DNA from: Helicobacteraceae bacterium
Lineage (GTDB): Bacteria; Campylobacterota; Campylobacteria; Campylobacterales; Sulfurimonadaceae
Direction: 5' to 3'
Assembly: GCA_027061425.1 (NCBI GenBank)
Contig: JALSUN010000042.1
Location: 1-43,071 of the forward strand
Length of the DNA stretch: 43,071 bases
Positions 7,897 through 17,359 of this stretch are shown in pieces. Each line of letters starts with the position of its first letter. Within the stretch, counting starts at the first letter, position 1. The translations under genes were made by a program, and so were the position numbers. The notes under the pieces were generated by a model. It was not told the DNA's origin. It ran no database searches and worked only from the letters and a program-made list of their open reading frames with translations.

Positions 7897-9823
7897 TACC
7901 GTACTCCTTCCTGTATTACTCCTCTTAAGTCTACAGTTACAGGCTAAGAGTTATAAAGTGTGTGCAAATTCGTATGCTAATGCCAAACTTGAACTTGCGG
8001 CTATGATCAATGCAACGGTTAACAATGTGCAATCCTCACATGTTAAAAGTGAGCGCCAAAAGGGTGAAGAGAGTGTCACTTCAACAGTGGAACAGATAAA
8101 CTCTATAGAGAGTCATCTTGACTTAGTTGATATGGAACTCTATAAAAAAGGTGGGCAAAAGTGTGTTAAAATTGAGAAAGAGGCACAGGTAAAACATACA
8201 AAAGTGCTCTTAACAAAGACAAAAACATTTATTGTAAAAAACCTTCCAAACAGCGGTGAGAAAAAAGTACAAGTGCTCCACGAATGGTTAGAGGTCATTG
8301 TCACGACACAACAGATGCTTAACGTTTTTGGAGAAGGCATTACGATAGATGAGAAGCTTGAACTCACCAACAAGTATAAAAAACTTAGTGACTTGTTGAC
8401 TAAGACTGAGCTGAACATCGCCTCTTTAGTCTTTAAGGGATGTGGTAGCGATAAAAAAGCTGCACAAAAGGCACTTGATCAGACTATTTTTACACATAAC
8501 AGACAAGAGAAGAAAAAAGGCTTTTTCTCATCCATGACCTCATGGGTGAGCAGTGATGATACGCCTTTGAAGGTCACACTTTTTGAGCCATACATCACTT
8601 ATAAAAAAGCTGGGCGACAAGAATGTGCTTATATCGTGAAGTCAAAACTCTTAGCACTCTCACAAGCGATGTACAGTAAGAGTGATGGTTTCAAAATAAC
8701 GCTGCTCTCTAAGACACCTAAAAAAAGAGTGGAAACGGTTGATAACTGGTTACAGCATCTTGATGTCACTTATGATCTTATGAAAGTCTATCCTGAAGTT
8801 TTTAAGCCCAGCCAACTACAAAAGATCGAAGCGTTAAAAGTGGCGTTGATGAAAGAGCGTAAGAGTATTATCCCTCAGTCCATTATATTTCATGTGACGG
8901 GTGCAGAAAAATCTGTGATCATACTTAATGGAGAACCGGTTAAAGTAAACAGACCTGTTTATCTGCCTAAAGGTAGTTATGCCTACAGCGTAAAATCTGA
9001 TGGGTTTTGTGTGAAAAAAGATGATGTGAGTTTAGATGCCTTTGAAGACAAGGTAATAGAGATAGACTTTAGCGGTTATGCGTATCCTACCGTTCTGTTT
9101 GTCAGTGATGTCAATTTTGATGCTATGGTAGATGGTATCAGAATAACACCAAACATAAGACAAAGTATCAAAAAATGTTCTCAGGAAGTGCCTTACTTAG
9201 TAAAGTTCAATGGACAGAGCTATCAAGGTACTCTAGACCTTGATCCAGGAGATACCATTACTAAAAACTTTGCCTTCTTAAATGCCCAGGAACTGGCTAT
9301 TATATCGGACGCAAAGACTAAAAAATTTAAAGTTTCCAGTGACGAAAAAATCTCGGAGCGTTTGTCCTCTTATGACAGTGAAAAGTTGACCTTCTCTGTG
9401 GTGAATCAACCTACAAGTGGCAATTTAGAGTTAGACAAAAGTGGTCATTTTATCTACACTCCAGACAAGAAATTTTCAGGAAAAGTAAGTTTTGATTATA
9501 TCGTTGATAGTGAAAACAAAAAGAGTTCTCCTAAAGTTGCTGTCATCGAAGTGGTAGGTACTAAAGTCGTAAAAGCTGCAGCAGTGCCGGTTGTTGTCAA
9601 GGAAGTTAAAAAAGAGATACCAAAGGTAGAAAAAGAAAAGAAAGTACAAAAGGAAGAGAAAGTAGCAGTTAAAAGCAAGAAAAAGCCAGATTTTGATGTA
9701 GCGAAGTTTGAAGCATTCTTATCCGCACGGCTTAAAGCAAAAGATATGACGACCTTAAAAGAGGCACAAAAACGCTTTCCGGAAGCTTTTGATGTCTGGA
9801 TGAAAAAGGTTCGTGGAAAGTAG
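7886..9823 (+). CDS. Secreted multidomain protein: duplicated Cys-containing N-terminal module, PEGA-like region, cadherin/Ig-like (Big_9-type) domain
   Basis: Signal peptide; PEGA-like ILNGEPV...LPKGSYAYSVKSDGF; Ig-like VVNQPTSGNLELDKSGHFIYTPDKKFSGKVSFDYIV; Lys/Glu/Val-rich linker and a short helical tail. Confidence 0.7.
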   Translation: MKLSTVLLPVLLLLSLQLQAKSYKVCANSYANAKLELAAMINATVNNVQSSHVKSERQKGEESVTSTVEQINSIESHLDLVDMELYKKGGQKCVKIEKEAQVKHTKVLLTKTKTFIVKNLPNSGEKKVQVLHEWLEVIVTTQQMLNVFGEGITIDEKLELTNKYKKLSDLLTKTELNIASLVFKGCGSDKKAAQKALDQTIFTHNRQEKKKGFFSSMTSWVSSDDTPLKVTLFEPYITYKKAGRQECAYIVKSKLLALSQAMYSKSDGFKITLLSKTPKKRVETVDNWLQHLDVTYDLMKVYPEVFKPSQLQKIEALKVALMKERKSIIPQSIIFHVTGAEKSVIILNGEPVKVNRPVYLPKGSYAYSVKSDGFCVKKDDVSLDAFEDKVIEIDFSGYAYPTVLFVSDVNFDAMVDGIRITPNIRQSIKKCSQEVPYLVKFNGQSYQGTLDLDPGDTITKNFAFLNAQELAIISDAKTKKFKVSSDEKISERLSSYDSEKLTFSVVNQPTSGNLELDKSGHFIYTPDKKFSGKVSFDYIVDSENKKSSPKVAVIEVVGTKVVKAAAVPVVVKEVKKEIPKVEKEKKVQKEEKVAVKSKKKPDFDVAKFEAFLSARLKAKDMTTLKEAQKRFPEAFDVWMKKVRGK

Positions 9824-9826
9824 GCT

Positions 9827-9850
9827 ACAAGGCACTTTTTAGTGTTTTGT
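9827..9850 (+). other. Stem-loop between cluster modules
   Basis: ACAAGGCACT-tttt-AGTGTTTTGT (10 bp with two G-U pairs) immediately after the stop at 9823. Confidence 0.45.
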
Positions 9851-9895
9851 TAGAGAGTGTATTGTAAAATAACAAAATAAATGAGATAAGGATTA

Positions 9896-10855
9896 GTGAT
9901 GAAAAAAGTAGGTTTAAGTATGACGATGTTAGCTGTTGTGAGTTTGCTCACAACAGGTTGTCTCTCTACGGATGAAAATGGAAAAGATAACAACTCAAGT
10001 GATGAAAATGGTGTTCCAAGTGGTAAGGTAACTGAAAAGTCCAGTAGTAATGATCTTTATGGTGAAGCACAGTTAATAGGGTTTGAAGATAATATGTTTT
10101 CTGTCAAGGGAAGTGCTAACTCTAGTGACGATGTAGAAGACTGGTACGCCTTTACTGCTCCTGAAAAAGGTCAGTATGCATGTGGACTAAAATATGATTC
10201 TGGAAATGAGTTGACGATTAAGATCTACCAGCAGGGCAATTATGATGTAGGTGGCAATGATGGAGGAAGATATACCTATAGTGGGCATATCCCAGATGCT
10301 GGTTATAAAGAAGTAAACTATCCGGCAAGCAGTACCTTGGCGTTTAGTACAATTAATGGTGAAATTGCAAAAGGAAGCAAATCTTATATCAGAGTGATTG
10401 CTGATACTACAGGTGGAAATACCGCGTCTTATACCCTTGACTGCTTTTCACCAACTGTATATAAAGATGCTGTTGAGACGGGTGATGTGACCGAAGATAA
10501 GACTTTAATGAACAGTTACCATAGATTGGCATTACCTATAAAGTTTGACTCTAATACATCAATCGTTATTCATGGCGAGGTCAACTCAGATACTGACAAA
10601 GATGATTATTATAAGTTTACTACAAGTGAAGCAGGTGATTACAATATCACGATGACGGGTTCAGCAGGTATTGATATTGATCTCTCTCTTTACAATCTTG
10701 ACGAAACAACACATGGTAGTTTCAATAATAGTAATAGTGCAGATGCTCAGGGAAGCTTTACCGCTGTTAAAAATGGAAAGTACTATCTCCGTGTTAATGG
10801 GTACAGTACAGGTGGAGCTACAGCGCAGTATACAGTGCATATCTTTAAGCCATAA
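9896..10855 (+). CDS. Lipoprotein with two PPC (pre-peptidase C-terminal)-like beta-sandwich domains
   Basis: Lipobox TTGC; repeats DDVEDWYAFTAPEKGQY...SYIRV and DTDKDDYYKFTTSEAGDYNITM...DIDLSLYN...GKYYLRVNGY. Start GTG 9896 or ATG 9899. Confidence 0.72.
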   Translation: MMKKVGLSMTMLAVVSLLTTGCLSTDENGKDNNSSDENGVPSGKVTEKSSSNDLYGEAQLIGFEDNMFSVKGSANSSDDVEDWYAFTAPEKGQYACGLKYDSGNELTIKIYQQGNYDVGGNDGGRYTYSGHIPDAGYKEVNYPASSTLAFSTINGEIAKGSKSYIRVIADTTGGNTASYTLDCFSPTVYKDAVETGDVTEDKTLMNSYHRLALPIKFDSNTSIVIHGEVNSDTDKDDYYKFTTSEAGDYNITMTGSAGIDIDLSLYNLDETTHGSFNNSNSADAQGSFTAVKNGKYYLRVNGYSTGGATAQYTVHIFKP

Positions 10856-10891
10856 TCGTCTCACGTGTGTAAAATAAAAGGAATAGAAAAT

Positions 10892-11809
10892 ATGAAAAAA
10901 ATGTTATTTATAGGGCTTTTGAGTTTAGGATTTATGTCTGTTCATGCAACAGAAATAGAGGTACAGAGTTCGGGTGTTGATCCTCAAGAAGCTGAGGACA
11001 ATGCAAAAAAACTTGCAGTCGAAAAATATCAGTCTCAATTGATGAAAAACATAGACGCCTGTAAAAGTATAGATACAAATTTCGAGATAGATATGGACGA
11101 CTATGATATTTCTGCACTCTCACGAGATAATACAGCTACGACAGCAAATGGGTTTAACGCAACATACCGTTTTGATGTGGAAGCCAATGACGGTGTAGAT
11201 GAAAAATTAGATAAAGCGTGTCAAGAGAAGAGTGCTGAGATTAAAGCAGCACAACTTGAGGCTGAAAGAGAAAGAAGAGAAGCAAAAAAAAGTGAAAAAG
11301 AGTGGAATGAGACTAAAAACTCTATTAATGACTTTGGAAGTCGTTTTAATATAGGTGCTGAAATCTATGGTCTGCTTGGTTATGGCGCAAATGGTTATTT
11401 TGAGTATCGACACAACGAAATTTTTTCAATTTCTGCTATTGGTGGTTACAGTGCTGCGTACAATAATTTTCCAACAGTAGAAGATCCTTCTAAAAAAAGT
11501 TCAAAACTCTCATTAGAGACATTAAGTGCAGGTGTTGAGGTGAGACTTCTATTTGTGTATCTGGCATATGAACAGCTTTTTGATTATAAACTAGAAAGTG
11601 GTTTTAACGAAATCAATACACCTACAAATGCAATAAGTATCGGTCTGTTAGTACCCTTAGACACAAAAATGGCATTTCAGACAAGAGAAACACCAAGACT
11701 TGAATATGGAATTTACTATAAAAGATTTAATGATAAGTTTACCTACAACGGAGAAGAATACAGCGACTCCGATATATTTGGATTAGCGCTTCGTGTTCGA
11801 ATCTATTAA
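10892..11809 (+). CDS. Exported protein: FlgT-N/LPP20-like N-domain, coiled coil, candidate C-terminal outer-membrane beta-barrel
   Basis: Signal peptide ending SVHA; SSGVDPQEAEDNAKKLAVEK; EAERERREAKK coil; alternating aromatic strands and terminal GLALRVRIY resembling a beta-signal. Confidence 0.6.
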   Translation: MKKMLFIGLLSLGFMSVHATEIEVQSSGVDPQEAEDNAKKLAVEKYQSQLMKNIDACKSIDTNFEIDMDDYDISALSRDNTATTANGFNATYRFDVEANDGVDEKLDKACQEKSAEIKAAQLEAERERREAKKSEKEWNETKNSINDFGSRFNIGAEIYGLLGYGANGYFEYRHNEIFSISAIGGYSAAYNNFPTVEDPSKKSSKLSLETLSAGVEVRLLFVYLAYEQLFDYKLESGFNEINTPTNAISIGLLVPLDTKMAFQTRETPRLEYGIYYKRFNDKFTYNGEEYSDSDIFGLALRVRIY

Positions 11810-13598
11810 AAAATTTGTACCGTTTCTTGTAACCATTCTCTTAGTACAGAGCCTTCATGCTGGTGATGTTGAGTTTGTCTGGAAGAAGCGTACTGTTGAT
11901 ACAGATTTCAAAAAAACAGCGAAACCAATGCAAGCGGTAAACAATGAGGTCGTAGAAGACCTTACCCACTATTTTGAGCCAAGACGTCCTCTGGATGTTA
12001 ATGCCTTAATGCCTAAAGAGATCGCGCCACCAAAAGCACCCCCTCGTGTCAAAAAACCAAAGCTTCCCAAACAGATAGAGTTTGTTCAAGGCAAGTATGA
12101 ACCTAAAGATGAGTATGAAGCGCGTGTCAACCGTTTAACTCAAAAGTATAATGCTGAAGTTGAAGAACAACGCAGATGGTATATTTCTGCAGTAGAGTCT
12201 AGAAATCAGCGTATAGAGAGAAAAAATGCCGACTACAAGAAAAAGGTCGAAGAGAGAAATCATCAAGTATTACTACTTCAAGAACGTGTCAATAATGATT
12301 ATAAAAAAATAGAAAAAGAGCAAAAAGAGAAAAAACATAAAGTAGAAAGTCGTTTGAGTATATTTTACAAAAATGCATTTAAAAAATACTATCAAAACCC
12401 GAAGATCCTCTCTACAGATTATTTTGTCAATGATGAGATCATGCGTGTAAAGTTAGGCTCATCAGTTGACAACTTTACGGAAACTCTTGAGTTTAAGATG
12501 CCTGCACATGACGCACAAAAGTTTGATCAATCTTTACCAAAAGTAAAAACATATGTTCACTTTAAAGTTAAAAGTGATATTGATAAAAGAGATATTAGTA
12601 TTGGTCTAGATCATGTTGTTTTTAAACTTAACGGTGAAGAGTATGTCGCCTCTCTGAGTAGAGCTGAACGAAAACGCTACATGTTAAAAAACAGCATTAA
12701 GCTGAAGAAAACTGCAGAAATAAAACAGAGCGAGAAGATGCTTGCATTACAAAATGCAAACAAAGGTATTGCAACTCAAAATATCAAGACAGAATCTTAC
12801 GAATTTGCAGTACAGACCAATACTAAAAATGATATTTTAGATGATCTTAAAGCTCAAAAAAGTGCAAAGATCAAAAAGTCAAATTGGCTACTTGTAGTTG
12901 GTATAGAAAAATATCTCAATACAGATGATATCTCATATAGTCGTAAAAGTGCTGAGACCTATACTAAGGTCATTCAAAAGTTGATGGGTGTTAGTGAAGG
13001 GCACACTATGAGTATTGTGGATGAGGGTGCTACATCAGCGCAACTTAAACATAAGATAGATGCTATTCTCTCACGTGTTAAAAAAGGTGATACCATCTAC
13101 TTTTATTACTCTGGACATGGTGTTCCCGTACCTTCAGAGAAAAATGAGCCTTATATGTTGCCGTCAGATGTTTATCCAGCTTCAATACAAGAGTACTCTT
13201 ACTTTAAGTTAAAAAACTTGTATAAAAAGTTGACAGACTCAAAAGCAGGAAAAGTAGTAGCTGTAGTTGATAGTTGTTTTAGTGGTTCAACAGATGGCGT
13301 GAGTAATATAAAAGGCGTTGCAGCAACTGTACTTGTTCCTAAAAAAGTATCGAGCTACGACAAAAAGAGAATGGTGATCATAGCAGCAGGAAAAGATTCT
13401 CAATATTCCAACAAATTTGATGAGAAACAGCAACGTCTTTTTAGTTATTACATTATGAGAGCACTGCTTGACAAGAAACGAAAAGTCAACAGTGTCTATA
13501 GTGATGCTGAGGAAAAAGTTGAAGAGACCTCACAAGATGTTAAAGGTCTGAGTAAACAGACTCCTGTTGTTATGGGTAATTCAAAGTTGTCATTTTGA
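11793..13598 (+). CDS. Caspase-family (peptidase C14) protease with signal peptide and long coiled-coil N-terminus
   Basis: WLLVVGIEKY; catalytic His FYYSGHG; catalytic Cys VVDSCFSG; FSYYIMRAL; QTPV tail; signal-like N-terminus FVPFLVTILLVQSLHA; GTG start overlapping the upstream gene. Confidence 0.9.
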   Translation: MFESIKKFVPFLVTILLVQSLHAGDVEFVWKKRTVDTDFKKTAKPMQAVNNEVVEDLTHYFEPRRPLDVNALMPKEIAPPKAPPRVKKPKLPKQIEFVQGKYEPKDEYEARVNRLTQKYNAEVEEQRRWYISAVESRNQRIERKNADYKKKVEERNHQVLLLQERVNNDYKKIEKEQKEKKHKVESRLSIFYKNAFKKYYQNPKILSTDYFVNDEIMRVKLGSSVDNFTETLEFKMPAHDAQKFDQSLPKVKTYVHFKVKSDIDKRDISIGLDHVVFKLNGEEYVASLSRAERKRYMLKNSIKLKKTAEIKQSEKMLALQNANKGIATQNIKTESYEFAVQTNTKNDILDDLKAQKSAKIKKSNWLLVVGIEKYLNTDDISYSRKSAETYTKVIQKLMGVSEGHTMSIVDEGATSAQLKHKIDAILSRVKKGDTIYFYYSGHGVPVPSEKNEPYMLPSDVYPASIQEYSYFKLKNLYKKLTDSKAGKVVAVVDSCFSGSTDGVSNIKGVAATVLVPKKVSSYDKKRMVIIAAGKDSQYSNKFDEKQQRLFSYYIMRALLDKKRKVNSVYSDAEEKVEETSQDVKGLSKQTPVVMGNSKLSF

Positions 13599-14629
13599 TA
13601 TATAAAAACTTCTTTGTACTGTTGATGCTCACAAGTATCCCTCTCCTTAGTAGTGACAATTATCCTCAATGGTATTTGAGCTTACCTAACAATAATGACA
13701 ATGTCTATATAGGTTATGGTGATGGAAAGTCCATGGGTGAAGCAAGAGCCAATGCCCGATCAAATGTTGCCTCACAAATAAAAGTTAAAATTAATGAAAA
13801 ATATAACAAAAGTGAAAGACTCGTAAACAGTACCTATAATAAAGACATATCAAGAACAGTTAATGAACAGATAGATGTAGAGCTTATAGGGCTTAAAGAA
13901 CTTAAAAGTGAAAAGCTTGATGGCACTTATTATATAGCAGTAAGTTTTGACAGAAGGTCACTCATTACAAAAATATCGATGAGTACGGGGATCGAAAATG
14001 GTTTACGTGTGATGGATGCTTCAAGTCCTTATCTTTACACAGAATTTTCTAAAGAGCTTAATGTAGTATTGAATTTTAAGAACAAGACTCCAAAGTATGA
14101 GGTCGTCTGGCTTAATGGTACGTACGTGTTACGTATTAATAATCATGAATTCCCTCTACTTACAGAAGATATTTCGAAATTTTTCTTTGTTTATGAAGAT
14201 CCAACTATCTTGCTTGATATCGTTCAACATAATGAAAACGGGACACGTGTTACAACCCGTATCCATGAAGGTGATTACTTTCATCTGACTGCTCATAGTA
14301 AAAAGAGCGGTTTTTTAACCCTATTAAATATTGATGAAGAGGGAAAAGTAAATGTTATGGTCGAAAACCATAAACTACAGTCAGGTATGGACTATACCTA
14401 TCCTGATTTAGATCTATACGAGGGACTGCAAACAGTTATTTTAGATAAGAGTAACAGTGCTATAGAGAGCTATTTGGCAGTACTCTGTAGAAATAAAATG
14501 AACTTTACTAAATATGACACTATAAATGAAGATATTAATGATAACACACATGCTAATAGATTTCCACATCTCTATCAAGATGTGAAACAGTGTCACTATA
14601 CATCTTTGATATTAAATACCAGCCATTAA
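13595..14629 (+). CDS. LPP20-domain + DUF4384-like protein
   Basis: YPQWY...YIGYGDG...EARANARSNVASQIKVKI (LPP20); GDYFHLTAHSKKSGFLTLLNIDEEGKVNVM...YTYPD...ESYLAVLC (DUF4384-like); TTGA overlap with the caspase stop. Confidence 0.78.
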   Translation: MIYKNFFVLLMLTSIPLLSSDNYPQWYLSLPNNNDNVYIGYGDGKSMGEARANARSNVASQIKVKINEKYNKSERLVNSTYNKDISRTVNEQIDVELIGLKELKSEKLDGTYYIAVSFDRRSLITKISMSTGIENGLRVMDASSPYLYTEFSKELNVVLNFKNKTPKYEVVWLNGTYVLRINNHEFPLLTEDISKFFFVYEDPTILLDIVQHNENGTRVTTRIHEGDYFHLTAHSKKSGFLTLLNIDEEGKVNVMVENHKLQSGMDYTYPDLDLYEGLQTVILDKSNSAIESYLAVLCRNKMNFTKYDTINEDINDNTHANRFPHLYQDVKQCHYTSLILNTSH

Positions 14630-14670
14630 TTATAAGGGTAATTCTAGAATTTATCAGGATGAAGTATAGA

Positions 14671-14712
14671 GTAGATCGTAGAGATCTACATGGAGTGGGA
14701 TTGCTCCCTTTT
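14671..14712. terminator. Hairpins between convergent genes (candidate terminator)
   Basis: GTAGATC-gtaga-GATCTAC (14671-14689) and a weak GGAGTG-ggat-TGCTCC followed by CTTTT. Confidence 0.4.
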
Positions 14713-14713
14713 G

Positions 14714-15370
14714 TTAGATCAGTTTAAAGAACTTAGCAGCCTCTTCTTCATCGTCAGTAAGTGTGTCTATTGCGAAGTCAGGGTCATTTTCTATTTTATC
14801 TTTGGCTTTGGCTTGACAGAAGTCAAAAAGGATGGTTTTTGCCTCTTCAACGTTATAAAGAAAACCGAGACCGCTGAACTGGTAAGGCTCTTCTTGCTCT
14901 ATACATAAAATTGTTCCTTCTGCTTTTTCTTCTAACACTTCAACCATTTCACGGTAGTCCACATTAAATTCATCACCGTACCAGCCCACTTGTTCCATAT
15001 CTTTATCTGCAAACTCTGCAACACCGTCAGCTGTTGTGTCGTCATAGTCACTGTTAGGGGTGTTGAGGGCGATGAGTTCTTGCCAGTTACCAGCAGCCTT
15101 GACAAGTACACGACCTTCGTCTTCTACAACTTTATAGTTGTTACCGAGTATTTCAGCGATGGTCTGTGGCTTTGGCATAGAGAGTGCAGAGACTTTAGGT
15201 GCTGTAGCCTTGCCCTTAAAAATAAAGATCTCTTTTTCAGCGTAAGGGGGTGTTACAACCTCACCTTTAATGTTGATAGCAAACTCTTGGTTGGTGTTGA
15301 TGGCTTTAAGAAGATCACTTCGCAATATTACGATAATCTCTTTAAGTAAGTTAAATTGTTTCATAGACAT
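14714..15370 (-). CDS. Acidic hypothetical protein
   Basis: 218-aa ORF with host-like codon usage; DYDDTTADGVAEF segment; no family recognised. Confidence 0.75.
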   Translation of the reverse strand: MSMKQFNLLKEIIVILRSDLLKAINTNQEFAINIKGEVVTPPYAEKEIFIFKGKATAPKVSALSMPKPQTIAEILGNNYKVVEDEGRVLVKAAGNWQELIALNTPNSDYDDTTADGVAEFADKDMEQVGWYGDEFNVDYREMVEVLEEKAEGTILCIEQEEPYQFSGLGFLYNVEEAKTILFDFCQAKAKDKIENDPDFAIDTLTDDEEEAAKFFKLI

Positions 15371-15476
15371 TATCCATTTCTAGGGTTATCATAGATACCC
15401 AGTGATTGTTTGAAAGAATTTTAACACGGCTAAATTAAAAATTAGACTTAACTTCTTAAAGCTAAGCTCACTATAA

Positions 15477-16577
<1,101 letters not shown>

Positions 16578-16601
16578 AGTCTCTATATAAGACTTTACTT
16601 A

Positions 16602-16626
16602 TTCAGCATGCTCCTGGCATACTGAA
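16602..16626 (+). terminator. Stem-loop after ilvC
   Basis: TTCAGCATGC-tcctg-GCATACTGAA (9/10 pairing); no clear U-tract on the + strand. Confidence 0.4.
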
Positions 16627-16885
16627 AATGAGATATCGTCTCTGCACTCGTCACATATTGATGTGCGCTTCCTCCTTTATTCCTTCCAATTACGCTACTC
16701 TTTTAGTTTCTACCGAACACTTACTTTTAACATTACTTAGTTGTGTCAGTTTGTTACATTTTAGTACTTAATGAGATGTATTGGGTTTTGTGTTTTGTAA
16801 ATAATTTGTTTATTGTACTTTTAATTGATTAGACTATAATAATATAGCTTTTATTAGCTATCTATTTTTTAATGAAGGTATATTA

Positions 16886-17338
16886 ATGTTTGATTTTCTT
16901 TTCCACCATCATGAGGACTTGGCCCATAACAAAAGTAAGGTAAAGCAGTGGACAGGTGAACATAAGGTTTTGGCAGAAGAGGCGACTGCTGTTGTCTCTT
17001 TTTATGAGAAAGGCGACTTTAAAAAAGCAAAAAAACATCTTGTGAAACTTCAAAGTGTGGCACTCAAACATCTTATGGATGAAGATGTGACTTTTTCGGA
17101 CTTGATGCATAAATCCTCAGAGTCAGAAGAAGATCAAGAGATCGTAGACTCTATGAAAGCTTTTCGCAAGACCTTTGTGGACACAAAAAAAGCACTGATA
17201 CACTTTTTTATTCATTATACTTCTGAAGATGTAGTACTAGATGAGAAGTTTAAAATGCAGTTAGATGGGATTATTAATGCTCTTGTTCAACGTATAGAGT
17301 ATGAAGAGTCTAACCTTTATACAAAAATTAGTAAGTAG
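16886..17338 (+). CDS. Hemerythrin/HHE cation-binding domain protein
   Basis: EHKVLAEE, KHLMDEDVTF, RIEYEESNLY four-helix pattern; TATAAT at 16835-16840. Confidence 0.75.
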   Translation: MFDFLFHHHEDLAHNKSKVKQWTGEHKVLAEEATAVVSFYEKGDFKKAKKHLVKLQSVALKHLMDEDVTFSDLMHKSSESEEDQEIVDSMKAFRKTFVDTKKALIHFFIHYTSEDVVLDEKFKMQLDGIINALVQRIEYEESNLYTKISK

Positions 17339-17359
17339 TATGACTTTTACCTTGGTTGC

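Noticed and set aside
2909-14629. The operon as a known T4SS/T6SS/Tad/flagellar or prophage lysis module
   Set aside because: No ATPase, secretin, VgrG/Hcp/sheath, pilin, holin/spanin, integrase or virion genes recognised.
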